From Solirubrobacteraceae bacterium (lineage in GTDB: Bacteria; Actinomycetota; Thermoleophilia; Solirubrobacterales; Solirubrobacteraceae), in the NCBI GenBank assembly GCA_036490015.1, contig DASXER010000076.1, positions 9,480-73,479 of the forward strand: DNA of 64,000 nucleotides. Direction: 5' to 3'. The position numbers and the translations under genes are program-made. The notes under the pieces are model-generated. The model had not been told where the DNA came from. It saw only the letters and a list, made by a program, of their open reading frames with translations, and searched no databases. Shown here one piece after another: positions 47,201 to 55,312 of the stretch; positions within the stretch are counted from its first letter, which is position 1; the number at the start of each line of letters is the position of its first letter.

Positions 47201-48817
47201 GTGAGCGGGGAGCACGCGTCGTCCTGTGCGGCCTGCGGCTCGCCGGCCGACGCCGACCAGCGCTACTGCCTTCGCTGTGGCGATCGGCTCGGTTCGCGTA
47301 GCGCCGCGCTCGAGCAGCTCATCGCCCGTATCCCGGAGCGAGCGCCGAACACGCCCGAGACAGCCATCCAGGCAGTCGAGGACGAGCCCTCGAAGCTCCC
47401 GCCGCCGTTCTCGCTGCGCCTACCCGGCAAGCCGGTCTCGGCGCTGCTCGTGGCCTTGTTCCTGGGCTTCGGACTGCTGATCGGCAACGTGACCGGCTCA
47501 CCGTCCGCCGGTGCCCTCGCGGCCGCTAGGACGCCTGCGCTCCAGCTCGAGCTTCCGCCACCGACGGCATCGGCGAGCACGCCCACCGGCTCGGTGAGCG
47601 AAGCCGAAACCGAACCGCCCGAAAGCGAAGCCGAAGAAACGCCCGAACCGGCGGAAACCGGGGGTGAATCATCGACGAGCGAAGAAGAAAGCTCCTCGAA
47701 GCAGAGCGAAGAAGAAAGCACGGAAGAAGAAGGCAAGGAAAAAGCTGGGGCCGGCGCCGAACCCAAGCCGCTGACGAAGCTCCCGGCGATTAAGCACGTG
47801 TTCCTGATCGTGCTCTCCGATCAGCCCTATGCGGCTCTGTTCGGGCCCGAATCGAAGGCCCACTACCTGTCGGGCGCGCTGGAGAAAAAAGGCGAGCTGC
47901 TGCTGCGCTACGACGCGATCGCGCACGAGGAGCTGCCGAACGAGATCGCGCTCGTCAGCGGCCAGGGGCCGACGGACGAAACGGCCGCCGACTGTCCCAA
48001 CTACGCGCCGATCGCGCCCGGCGGATCCGGCGCCGGCGGCCAGGTGCTCGGCAACGGCTGCATCTACCCGTCCTCGACAGAGACGATCGGCTCGCAGCTC
48101 GAAGCGAAGCACCTCAGCTGGCGTGCCTATGTCGAGGGCAGCGACGAAGCGCCGGGCCAGCCGGCCGCCTGTAACCACCCGGCCAGTGGCGCCGCCGACC
48201 CGAGCTCGGGGCTGACGCCGGGCGAAGGCAGCTACGCGACCGATCTCGATCCGTTCCTGTATTTCCAGTCGGTCACGGGCTCGACGAGCCGCTGCGCGAG
48301 CGAGACCGTCGGCCTCTCCCAGCTGAAGCGCGACCTGGTTAAACCGTCGCGCACGCCGCGCTTCGCCTACATCGCCCCCGACCGTTGCGACGACGGCAAC
48401 CCGCAGCCGTGCAAGGCAGGCGCGACAGCCGGCCCCGCCGCCGCCGACGGCTTCATCAAACGGGTCGTGCCGGAGATCATGGCCTCGAAGGCCTACCAGC
48501 AGGACGGCCTGATCGTGGTCACGGGCGACGAGGCGCCTTCGAGCGGCGAATTCGCCGACTCCAGCTCGTGCTGCGGTCAGCCGACGTTCCCGAACGTGCC
48601 CGCCGACTCAGGACCGCGCGGGCCGAAGGGTGGCGGCGCCGTCGGGGCGCTGCTGCTGTCGCCGTTCGTCAAAGGCGCGAGTACGGCGCAGGAACCGTTC
48701 AACCACTTCGCGTTGCTGCGCACGTTCGAGGACCTTTTCGGCCTGTCTCACCTCGGCTACGCCGGCGCGAGCGGCGTCAAGTCGCTGCCGCCGGCCTTGT
48801 TCGTCGCCAAGGGCTGA
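47201..48817 (+). CDS. Zinc ribbon-TM-acidic linker-phosphoesterase (acid phosphatase/PLC family) protein, probably catalytically degenerate
   Basis: CAACG...DQRYCLRCG; IKHVFLIVL, LPN..ALVSGQ, LSWRAYVE, PRFAYIAP, GLIVVTGDE and NHFALLRTFEDLFGL. Confidence 0.75.
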   Translation: MSGEHASSCAACGSPADADQRYCLRCGDRLGSRSAALEQLIARIPERAPNTPETAIQAVEDEPSKLPPPFSLRLPGKPVSALLVALFLGFGLLIGNVTGSPSAGALAAARTPALQLELPPPTASASTPTGSVSEAETEPPESEAEETPEPAETGGESSTSEEESSSKQSEEESTEEEGKEKAGAGAEPKPLTKLPAIKHVFLIVLSDQPYAALFGPESKAHYLSGALEKKGELLLRYDAIAHEELPNEIALVSGQGPTDETAADCPNYAPIAPGGSGAGGQVLGNGCIYPSSTETIGSQLEAKHLSWRAYVEGSDEAPGQPAACNHPASGAADPSSGLTPGEGSYATDLDPFLYFQSVTGSTSRCASETVGLSQLKRDLVKPSRTPRFAYIAPDRCDDGNPQPCKAGATAGPAAADGFIKRVVPEIMASKAYQQDGLIVVTGDEAPSSGEFADSSSCCGQPTFPNVPADSGPRGPKGGGAVGALLLSPFVKGASTAQEPFNHFALLRTFEDLFGLSHLGYAGASGVKSLPPALFVAKG

Positions 48818-49584
48818 GGGCGACTGAGGAGGCTGGGCTCGACGCCGGCCAGCTCGGCGTAGGTGATCGGCACGCGCGCCTCGGTGCGCTGCAGGACCCA
48901 CTCCAGCGCCATCATGTGGCGCGGGTGGCGCAGGTCGGCCGGATGCAGGTCGATGCGCAGGTTGCTCGTCGGCAGCATCGCGCCGGCGCGCACGAGCGTG
49001 GGGGAGAGCAGCCGGCTGAACGGCCCGCGCGCTGCCAGGCTCCAAGCGGGAACGAGCGGCTCACGCGCGCTCGTCGCGGACACCGGCGCGGGCGCCGAGA
49101 TACGGTGCACGCGCGTCAGGCTGGCCCACCAGCGAAAGCGCTGCGACAGCGTCTCGCGCAGCGCCGCGGTGTACGCGTAGGCGGGCGCGACGAAGCCCTC
49201 GGGTTCGATCCCCGCGAGCTTCAGCACGCGCCAGCCGGCGCTGACGGCCGCGCGGGTCTCGGCCGAGTCGAGGCCGACGAACTCGCCCGCTCGCTGACCG
49301 TGTACGCGCGTGCTGCCGCGACGCCCGGGGACGTGCTGGAAGCCGTGCTGGGCGATCGAGTCGCCGTAGCCCCGCCGCTCGCGCAGCCACTCGACCATCT
49401 CCGGCGCGCGCTCGCCGACGGGGTGCAGGTCGCGCGCCGGGATCACGAGCAGCGTCACGCGGTCGATGCCGTGATCGCAGAGCCAGTCGCGGATCACCGC
49501 GCAGCGTTCGAACGTGGCCGGCTCGATGCCGTGCAACGCAACGGCGATCGTGCGGGTGCTGTTCGTGGATGAGCCGCGCGCCAT
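48757..49584 (-). CDS. DUF2334 / polysaccharide deacetylase-like protein
   Basis: VALHGIEP, TLLVIP, AQHGFQH, GEF, GFVAPAY and RIDLHPAD. Confidence 0.75.
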   Translation of the reverse strand: MARGSSTNSTRTIAVALHGIEPATFERCAVIRDWLCDHGIDRVTLLVIPARDLHPVGERAPEMVEWLRERRGYGDSIAQHGFQHVPGRRGSTRVHGQRAGEFVGLDSAETRAAVSAGWRVLKLAGIEPEGFVAPAYAYTAALRETLSQRFRWWASLTRVHRISAPAPVSATSAREPLVPAWSLAARGPFSRLLSPTLVRAGAMLPTSNLRIDLHPADLRHPRHMMALEWVLQRTEARVPITYAELAGVEPSLLSRPQPLATNKAGGSDLTPLAPA

Positions 49585-49636
49585 TTTCCTCTTCCCCTGT
49601 AACTAGGTTCCCCCTCGGGCACTCCCATTCCTGTGA

Positions 49637-51967
49637 TCAGGCGGCTACGAACTCGTGAACGTCCTGTGACTCCTGCTCGCGTAGCGCACGCCGATACCCA
49701 TCCCCCAGCCGGCCCAGCGCCGCCTCCCAGGTTCTTGCTCTGACAGCCCTGACACCGCCTTGCGCAAGACGCGCTCGGCGCAGCGGATCGCCGGCCAGCT
49801 CCGTGAGCGCACGGGCAAGCGGTCGAACCGCGGCCGCGACGAGCAGTCCGCTGATGTCGTGCTCGATCAGCGAGCGCGGGCCGCCCTCGTCGACCGCCAA
49901 CGTCGCGAGCCCGCTCGCCTGTGCCTCCAGGATCACCTGGCCGAAGGTGTCGGTCGCGCTCGGGAACAACAGCACGTCGGCGCTGGCGTAGACGCGCGCC
50001 AGCTCGGAGCCCGTGAGCCAGCCGAGGAAGGTCGCGTGCTCGCCCAGGCGCTCCGCCAGCTGTTGCTGCTCGGGGCCGCCGCCCGCCAGCGCTAGGTGCA
50101 GACGCGGGTCGCGTTCGCGTGCCGCTTCGAACGCGTCAGCCAACAGCTCGATTCCCTTCTCGCGGCTGATGCGCCCCGCATAGAGCACGGTCAGCTCACC
50201 CGGGAGCAGACGCTCGTCGCGCAGCGAGGGGTCGAAGCGCGCCGTGTCGACGCCGCGGTCCCAGCGCATCACCCGTTGGCGTGCCATGCCCGCCGCTACC
50301 AAGGCCTCGTCGGCCGCCGTGCTCGGAGAGAGCACGAGATCGCAGGAGCGGTAGAAGAAGCTCACCGCCGCCGCCATCGCGGTCGTCAGTCGCTCGTCGC
50401 CCGCGCGCAGCCCCGCGTAGGCGGTCAGCTCGGTGTGGTAGCTGCCGACGAGCGGCAGCCCGAGTGCGCGCGCTACCAGTGCGCCGGCGATCCCGGCCGG
50501 TCCGGGCGAGCAGACGTGGATCGCGTCGAAGCGCCCGTCGACGAGCGCCTGCACCGCGCCCGGCAGGCTCGGCACGCCGATGCGCAGGCCCGGGTAGAAC
50601 GGAACCTCGATCTCGTTCACCTCTCCCAGGCGGCGGTCGACCTGGGGGTCGGTGCCGACGACCTCGATCTCGAAGCCGGGCACGCCGCGCTGGCGGATCT
50701 CCTCGATCGTGCGGCTGACGCCGTGGGTCGAGCCAATCCCGTCGGCGAGGATCGCGACACGCGGAGGCTCTGACTCCTCGACGGGGCGCAGCTTCGCCTG
50801 CTCGTTGGCCAGGAACGCGCTCGCCGGGGCGTACGGGATCGCCGCGATGCAGGCCTCGAACAGGCCCGCGGCCAGCCCTCCGACGTTGGGCTCGTGGCTG
50901 CCCACGGCGTTGACGGCGGCCTCCACGGCGCCGCGCAGGCGACGCTCGTGGGCCCTGCTGGCGCGACGAAGCAAGCCGCTGTGGCTGAAGTCGTCGCTCT
51001 GCATCAGCTCGATCAGTTCGCGCGCGTCCAGGCCACCCAGCTCGACCGAGCGCAGCCACGCCTCCAGCAGCGTGCGAGCGTCCTTCGGGTCGAGGTCCTC
51101 GACCGCTGGCCCCTCGCGCAGGCCGCCTTCGCGCAGCACGCGCTCGGCCATGCGCAGCACGCGGCGTGGATCGGGTGTCGCGTGGCGTGTGTCGGTGCGA
51201 TCGTCCTCGTTCAACAGCAGGGCGCGGATCGCGAGCGCGATCGCGGCGTGGGCCCACTTGGCGGCGCTGCCCTGAGCGCCGCGCGCGCGGGCTTCGCCGG
51301 CCATCATGCGCGCCAGGAAGTCGCGCGCGCTCTGCGCGGCGGGCGTCTCGGTGAAGGTGCGCCCGATGTCCACCCCGGCGTGGTCGTCGCTGCCGCCGAT
51401 GCCGATGCCGTCGCGCGTGGCGACATACGTCGTCGCCGGGCTGTTCAGCTCCGGCGCGCGAGCGCCGTTGCGGGTCTCCCAGACGCTGAACAGCTCGGCC
51501 AGCCGACGCCGGTGCCGCGCGGACAGCGGCGCCGCGACCGTGTAGTAGGGGTGTGCGAGCGCGCACGCGATGTCGCGGTCGTACAGATAGGCCGCGCACA
51601 GCTCCACGTCGCCGCTGTGGGCCTGTAGCCACTCGTGATCGGACGGCGCGATGCCGTAGCAGAGCACGTGCACCGCCTGCGGCTCGCCGCGGAAGTGGGC
51701 GGTCAGCTCCTCGGAGATGAACACGTCGGGGCGGTCGGCGATCTCCAGCACGCCGGCGATCGTGTCGTGGTCGGTGATCGTGACGAAGTCCATGCCGCGC
51801 CGCTTGGCGAGCGTGTAGACCTCCTCTGGCGGTGTGGCGCACTCGGGCAACCCGAGCGCTCGTTGCACGCCGAGCCGAGACAGCTCGGAGGCGGTGGAGT
51901 GGCAGTGCATGTCGCACCTGCTGACCGGCTTCGTTACCGGTCCACTGTGTATGGTCTTGTCGTTCAT
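49637..51967 (-). CDS. PHP-domain / GT4 glycosyltransferase fusion
   Basis: CDMHCHS, TITDHD, SEE, AHP and GGSDDH (PHP metal ligands); C-terminal GSYHT, WDRGVD, GRISREKG and DTFGQVILEAQASG. Start placed at ATG 51967. Confidence 0.88.
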   Translation of the reverse strand: MNDKTIHSGPVTKPVSRCDMHCHSTASELSRLGVQRALGLPECATPPEEVYTLAKRRGMDFVTITDHDTIAGVLEIADRPDVFISEELTAHFRGEPQAVHVLCYGIAPSDHEWLQAHSGDVELCAAYLYDRDIACALAHPYYTVAAPLSARHRRRLAELFSVWETRNGARAPELNSPATTYVATRDGIGIGGSDDHAGVDIGRTFTETPAAQSARDFLARMMAGEARARGAQGSAAKWAHAAIALAIRALLLNEDDRTDTRHATPDPRRVLRMAERVLREGGLREGPAVEDLDPKDARTLLEAWLRSVELGGLDARELIELMQSDDFSHSGLLRRASRAHERRLRGAVEAAVNAVGSHEPNVGGLAAGLFEACIAAIPYAPASAFLANEQAKLRPVEESEPPRVAILADGIGSTHGVSRTIEEIRQRGVPGFEIEVVGTDPQVDRRLGEVNEIEVPFYPGLRIGVPSLPGAVQALVDGRFDAIHVCSPGPAGIAGALVARALGLPLVGSYHTELTAYAGLRAGDERLTTAMAAAVSFFYRSCDLVLSPSTAADEALVAAGMARQRVMRWDRGVDTARFDPSLRDERLLPGELTVLYAGRISREKGIELLADAFEAARERDPRLHLALAGGGPEQQQLAERLGEHATFLGWLTGSELARVYASADVLLFPSATDTFGQVILEAQASGLATLAVDEGGPRSLIEHDISGLLVAAAVRPLARALTELAGDPLRRARLAQGGVRAVRARTWEAALGRLGDGYRRALREQESQDVHEFVAA

Positions 51968-52001
51968 GCCACTAGGATTGCCCTGCAAACCGCGTGGTTT
52001 T

Positions 52002-52049
52002 GTGACCAGGCAGGAATCAAATTGTTAATCCCCCGTGAAGGTTCGTGAA
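52002..52049 (-). promoter_or_regulatory. PHO-box-like phased repeats in the divergent PHP-GT4 / uppP promoter
   Basis: On the minus strand TTCAC, TTCAC, TTAAC, ATTCC and GTCAC cores at plus-strand 52045, 52035, 52024, 52013 and 52002 (spacings 10, 11, 11, 11). Confidence 0.5.
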
Positions 52050-52064
52050 TAAGGTGCGCGTCTG

Positions 52065-52982
52065 ATGCTGAGCCTGCTCGTCGTTCCGATCGCGTCCGCG
52101 ATCAGCTACTTCCAGGCGATCGTGCTGGGTCTGCTGCAGGGCGTGACGGAGCTGTTCCCGATCTCCAGCCTCGGCCACACGGTCCTGTTCCCGACGCTGT
52201 TCGGCTGGAACTCGCTCGTCGACGCGCAGTCGCGCGCGGAGTCCTTCTGGCTCGCGTTCGTGGTCATGCTGCACGTCGGCAGCGCGCTCGGGCTGCTCGC
52301 CTACTACTGGCGCGACTGGATCGAAATCATCAAGGCCTTCTTCGCGACGCTCGCCAAGCGCCGTGCCGAGACCCCGAACGAGCGCCTGGCCTGGTTGATC
52401 ATCATGGCCAGCATCCCCGCCGGCATCATCGGCCTGATCTTCGAGCATCAGCTGCGCGAACTGACCGCGAAGCCAGAAGTGGCGGCGATCTTCCTGACCG
52501 TCAACGGCGGCATCCTGCTCGCCGCCGAGCGCTTCCGACGCCGCGCAGAGGTGCGCGAACTCGCCGAGCGCGAGGGCGCCAAGCCCGACGGCGCGCGCGA
52601 GCTGTCGACCTTGGAGTACCGCGAGGCGCTGGTCGTCGGCGTGGCCCAGTCCACAGCGCTCGTGGCCGGCATCAGCCGCGACGGGGTGACGATGGGCGCC
52701 GGGCTCGCGCGCGGGCTCGACCACAGCGACTCGGCGCGCTTCGCCTTCCTGCTGGCGACGCCGATCATCCTCGCCGCCGGCATCGTCAAGCTGCCCGACC
52801 TGACCGGCCATCTCGGCGACGGCGTGCGCGGCCAGTCGCTCGTCGCCTGCGCCGTGGCGGCCGTCACGGCCGTCTTCACCGTGCGCTTCCTGGTCGGCTA
52901 CTTCAAGACGCGCACGCTCGTGCCGTTCGCCGTCTACTGCCTGCTGTTCGGGGCCGGGATGATCGTCTACACGCTCGCCTGA
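52065..52982 (+). CDS. uppP: Undecaprenyl-diphosphate phosphatase
   Basis: LGLLQGVTELFPISSLGH, VAQSTALVAGISRDG and ARFAFLLATP. Confidence 0.92.
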   Translation: MLSLLVVPIASAISYFQAIVLGLLQGVTELFPISSLGHTVLFPTLFGWNSLVDAQSRAESFWLAFVVMLHVGSALGLLAYYWRDWIEIIKAFFATLAKRRAETPNERLAWLIIMASIPAGIIGLIFEHQLRELTAKPEVAAIFLTVNGGILLAAERFRRRAEVRELAEREGAKPDGARELSTLEYREALVVGVAQSTALVAGISRDGVTMGAGLARGLDHSDSARFAFLLATPIILAAGIVKLPDLTGHLGDGVRGQSLVACAVAAVTAVFTVRFLVGYFKTRTLVPFAVYCLLFGAGMIVYTLA

Positions 52983-53038
52983 GACGCTGGGCGCGATCTT
53001 CCGGAGCGCTGCCGGCCATCCACCATCATTGAGCCGAG

Positions 53039-54031
53039 ATGCCGATTCCCAGGACGCCACCGAGCATGTTCGAGACGCGCAGCCAGGCTTGGAAAGAGGT
53101 CGGGCTGCTGCGGCAGATCAACCCCAAGGTCGTGCGCAGGGCACGCCTGGAGGCGCTGGTCCTCGTGCCGCTGTTCCTGGCCGTCGTGATTCTCTACGAA
53201 CACCGCGTGGGCCTGTTCGGTGGGGTGAAGGTGCCCAAGCACGGCGGCGGCTTCGTGCAAGTGGACGGCCACGACAAGGAAGTACTCGAATCTGGCCTCG
53301 CGACGCCGGTCACGGTCGCCACCGTGCTGATCCTGATGATCCTCGGCTGGGCGATCGCGCGCGACATCGGCCGTGGCCTCGGCCCGGCGCTGTTCCGTCG
53401 CATGGAGCCCGCCACAGCCGGGACGGTCGGCTTCATCATCCGCCTGGCGACAGCCGTCGCGGCTTTGCTCGTGGCGCTGTCGGTGGCCGGCGTGAAGGAG
53501 AAAGAACTCGCCCTCGGCGGCGCCTTCACGGCCGTGATCTTCGGTCTCGCCGCGCAGCAGACGCTCGGCAACCTGATCGCCGGCACGGTGCTGCTGAGCG
53601 CGCGCCCGTTCCGCGTCGGCGAACGCGTGCGCCTGCAGGGCGGGCCGCTGGCCGGCCAGGTCGAGGGCACGGTCAGCTCGCTCGGTTTGCTCTACACGAC
53701 CTTCGCGACCGGAGAGGATTCGATCATGGTCCCCAACAGCGTCGTTTTGAACGTGGCGGTGCTGCCGCTGCGAGAGCCCCAGGCTGTCAACCTGCGCGCG
53801 CGCCTGCGCGCCGGCATGACGCCCAGCGACCTGCAGGAGCTGCTTGAAAAGTCGCTAGAGACGCCGCTGCGCAACCCGCCCCGGATCACGCTCGAGGAGC
53901 TGGACGGGGACGAGGTGGTGGTCCTGATCTCAGCCAGCCCGCGCGTGGCGAGCCAGGGTCGTCACTTGGCCAGCGAGCTGCTGGACGTCGTCTCGCGCGA
54001 GACACGCGGGCGCGCCGAGAGCACCTCGTAG
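53039..54031 (+). CDS. mscS: Small-conductance mechanosensitive channel family protein
   Basis: IFGLAAQQTLGNLIAG...RPFRVGERV...GTV..LGLLYT...VPNS. Confidence 0.88.
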   Translation: MPIPRTPPSMFETRSQAWKEVGLLRQINPKVVRRARLEALVLVPLFLAVVILYEHRVGLFGGVKVPKHGGGFVQVDGHDKEVLESGLATPVTVATVLILMILGWAIARDIGRGLGPALFRRMEPATAGTVGFIIRLATAVAALLVALSVAGVKEKELALGGAFTAVIFGLAAQQTLGNLIAGTVLLSARPFRVGERVRLQGGPLAGQVEGTVSSLGLLYTTFATGEDSIMVPNSVVLNVAVLPLREPQAVNLRARLRAGMTPSDLQELLEKSLETPLRNPPRITLEELDGDEVVVLISASPRVASQGRHLASELLDVVSRETRGRAESTS

Positions 54032-54801
54032 CGTAGGAACAGGTAGGAGCCGGAGCGGAAGGTCGACAGCAGTTCCAGCTCGGCTGGCGGCTCGAGCTCG
54101 GCCCCGGCGAAGATCCGCAGCGCCTCGCCAGTGGCCGGCTCGCCCGCGGCAAGCAGCGGAGAGAGACACAGACACAGCTCGTCGATCAGCCCGAGCCCGA
54201 GCAGCTGACGGGCGAGGTGCGGTCCGCCCTCGCACAGCAAGAGCCCGACCCCGAAGCGCGTTGAAAGCTCCGCCAGAGCAGCCGCGAGATCGACGCCCTC
54301 GCCGGAGCCGGAGCGAATGTAGTCGACGTGCGCCCGAACCCCGGGCACGTTCGCGTCAGAAGAGGTGATCACAGCCACCTTCGCCTCCGGCTCGGCCAGC
54401 AGGGGGATGTCGGCGTCCAGGAGCAGACGGCCGCTGACGATGCAGGCCAACGGCTCAGGGGTCAGGCCACGCTCGACCCGATGGCGGCGCGCCTCGGGGT
54501 CCTTGATCACCCGTCCGTAGCGCTCCTCGCGCACCGTGGCGCCGCCGACGAGGATCGCATCGGCATCAGCCCGCAGGGCATGGAACAAAGCGCGATCCGC
54601 GGCGCCGCTGAGTGGCGCCGAGCGTCCGTTCAAAGTCGCGCGCCCATCCGCGGTGCTGACCATGTTCAGCAGCACCCGCGGACGCTCTGACCCGCTCATG
54701 CGGCGCTGTTCACCCTCGACGATCTGCGTGACTGTGTCGCTCTCCTCGACCGCCAGCAGACGGGTCAGGCGCGTGCTCGCTTCGCCTTGGCTCTCGGGCA
54801 T
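53962..54801 (-). CDS. RibD C-terminal / dihydrofolate-reductase-family protein
   Basis: [23 protein letters not shown] and LLCEGGPHL...IDELCL..SP. TAGGGT 6 nt before the ATG. Confidence 0.85.
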   Translation of the reverse strand: MPESQGEASTRLTRLLAVEESDTVTQIVEGEQRRMSGSERPRVLLNMVSTADGRATLNGRSAPLSGAADRALFHALRADADAILVGGATVREERYGRVIKDPEARRHRVERGLTPEPLACIVSGRLLLDADIPLLAEPEAKVAVITSSDANVPGVRAHVDYIRSGSGEGVDLAAALAELSTRFGVGLLLCEGGPHLARQLLGLGLIDELCLCLSPLLAAGEPATGEALRIFAGAELEPPAELELLSTFRSGSYLFLRYEVLSARPRVSRETTSSSSLAK

Positions 54802-55014
54802 GGAGGCACCCTAGCTGCGCTCAGCCGGCGCGGCGCCCCAGAGAGGAGTGTCCAGTGCGTCAACAACTCGACAACACGTGGGGGTTATGACGTGCTACCG
54901 TCGTTTCTCGAATGGCCGGAACAAGCCGGCGAAAGCAGTGCAAGCGCTCGCAGGTCGAAGCTCAGAGCAGCATCCTCCGCGGAGCAGCACGCACGAACGT
55001 GGAGGAGTTCACGC

Positions 55015-55218
55015 ATGCCAACTGGCACCGTAAAGTGGTTCAGCGACGACAAGGGATTCGGCTTCATTACGCCGGATGACGGCGACAAGGATCTGTTCGT
55101 CCATCACACGGGCATCAACGGCGAGGGCTACCGCTCTCTTCAGGAGGGCGCCAAAGTCTCCTACGACCCTGAGCAGGGGGACAAGGGCCCGAAGGCGGTA
55201 AACGTCTCGACCATCTGA
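55015..55218 (+). CDS. cspA: Cold-shock protein
   Basis: [15 protein letters not shown] and DLFVHH (RNP1/RNP2). GGAGGAG SD. Confidence 0.95.
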   Translation: MPTGTVKWFSDDKGFGFITPDDGDKDLFVHHTGINGEGYRSLQEGAKVSYDPEQGDKGPKAVNVSTI

Positions 55219-55248
55219 GCGCCAGGGCCTCGAGCCCAGGACTTCAGA

Positions 55249-55285
55249 CGAAGGGCCCGCCCATGGCGGGCCCTTCGCGTTGTTG
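55249..55285 (+). terminator. Terminator hairpin after csp
   Basis: CGAAGGGCCCGCC-CAT-GGCGGGCCCTTCG (13-bp stem), then a weak U-tract (CGTTGTTG). Confidence 0.7.
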
Positions 55286-55312
55286 GGCTCGGATATCGTT
55301 CCCGCCCGCAAG

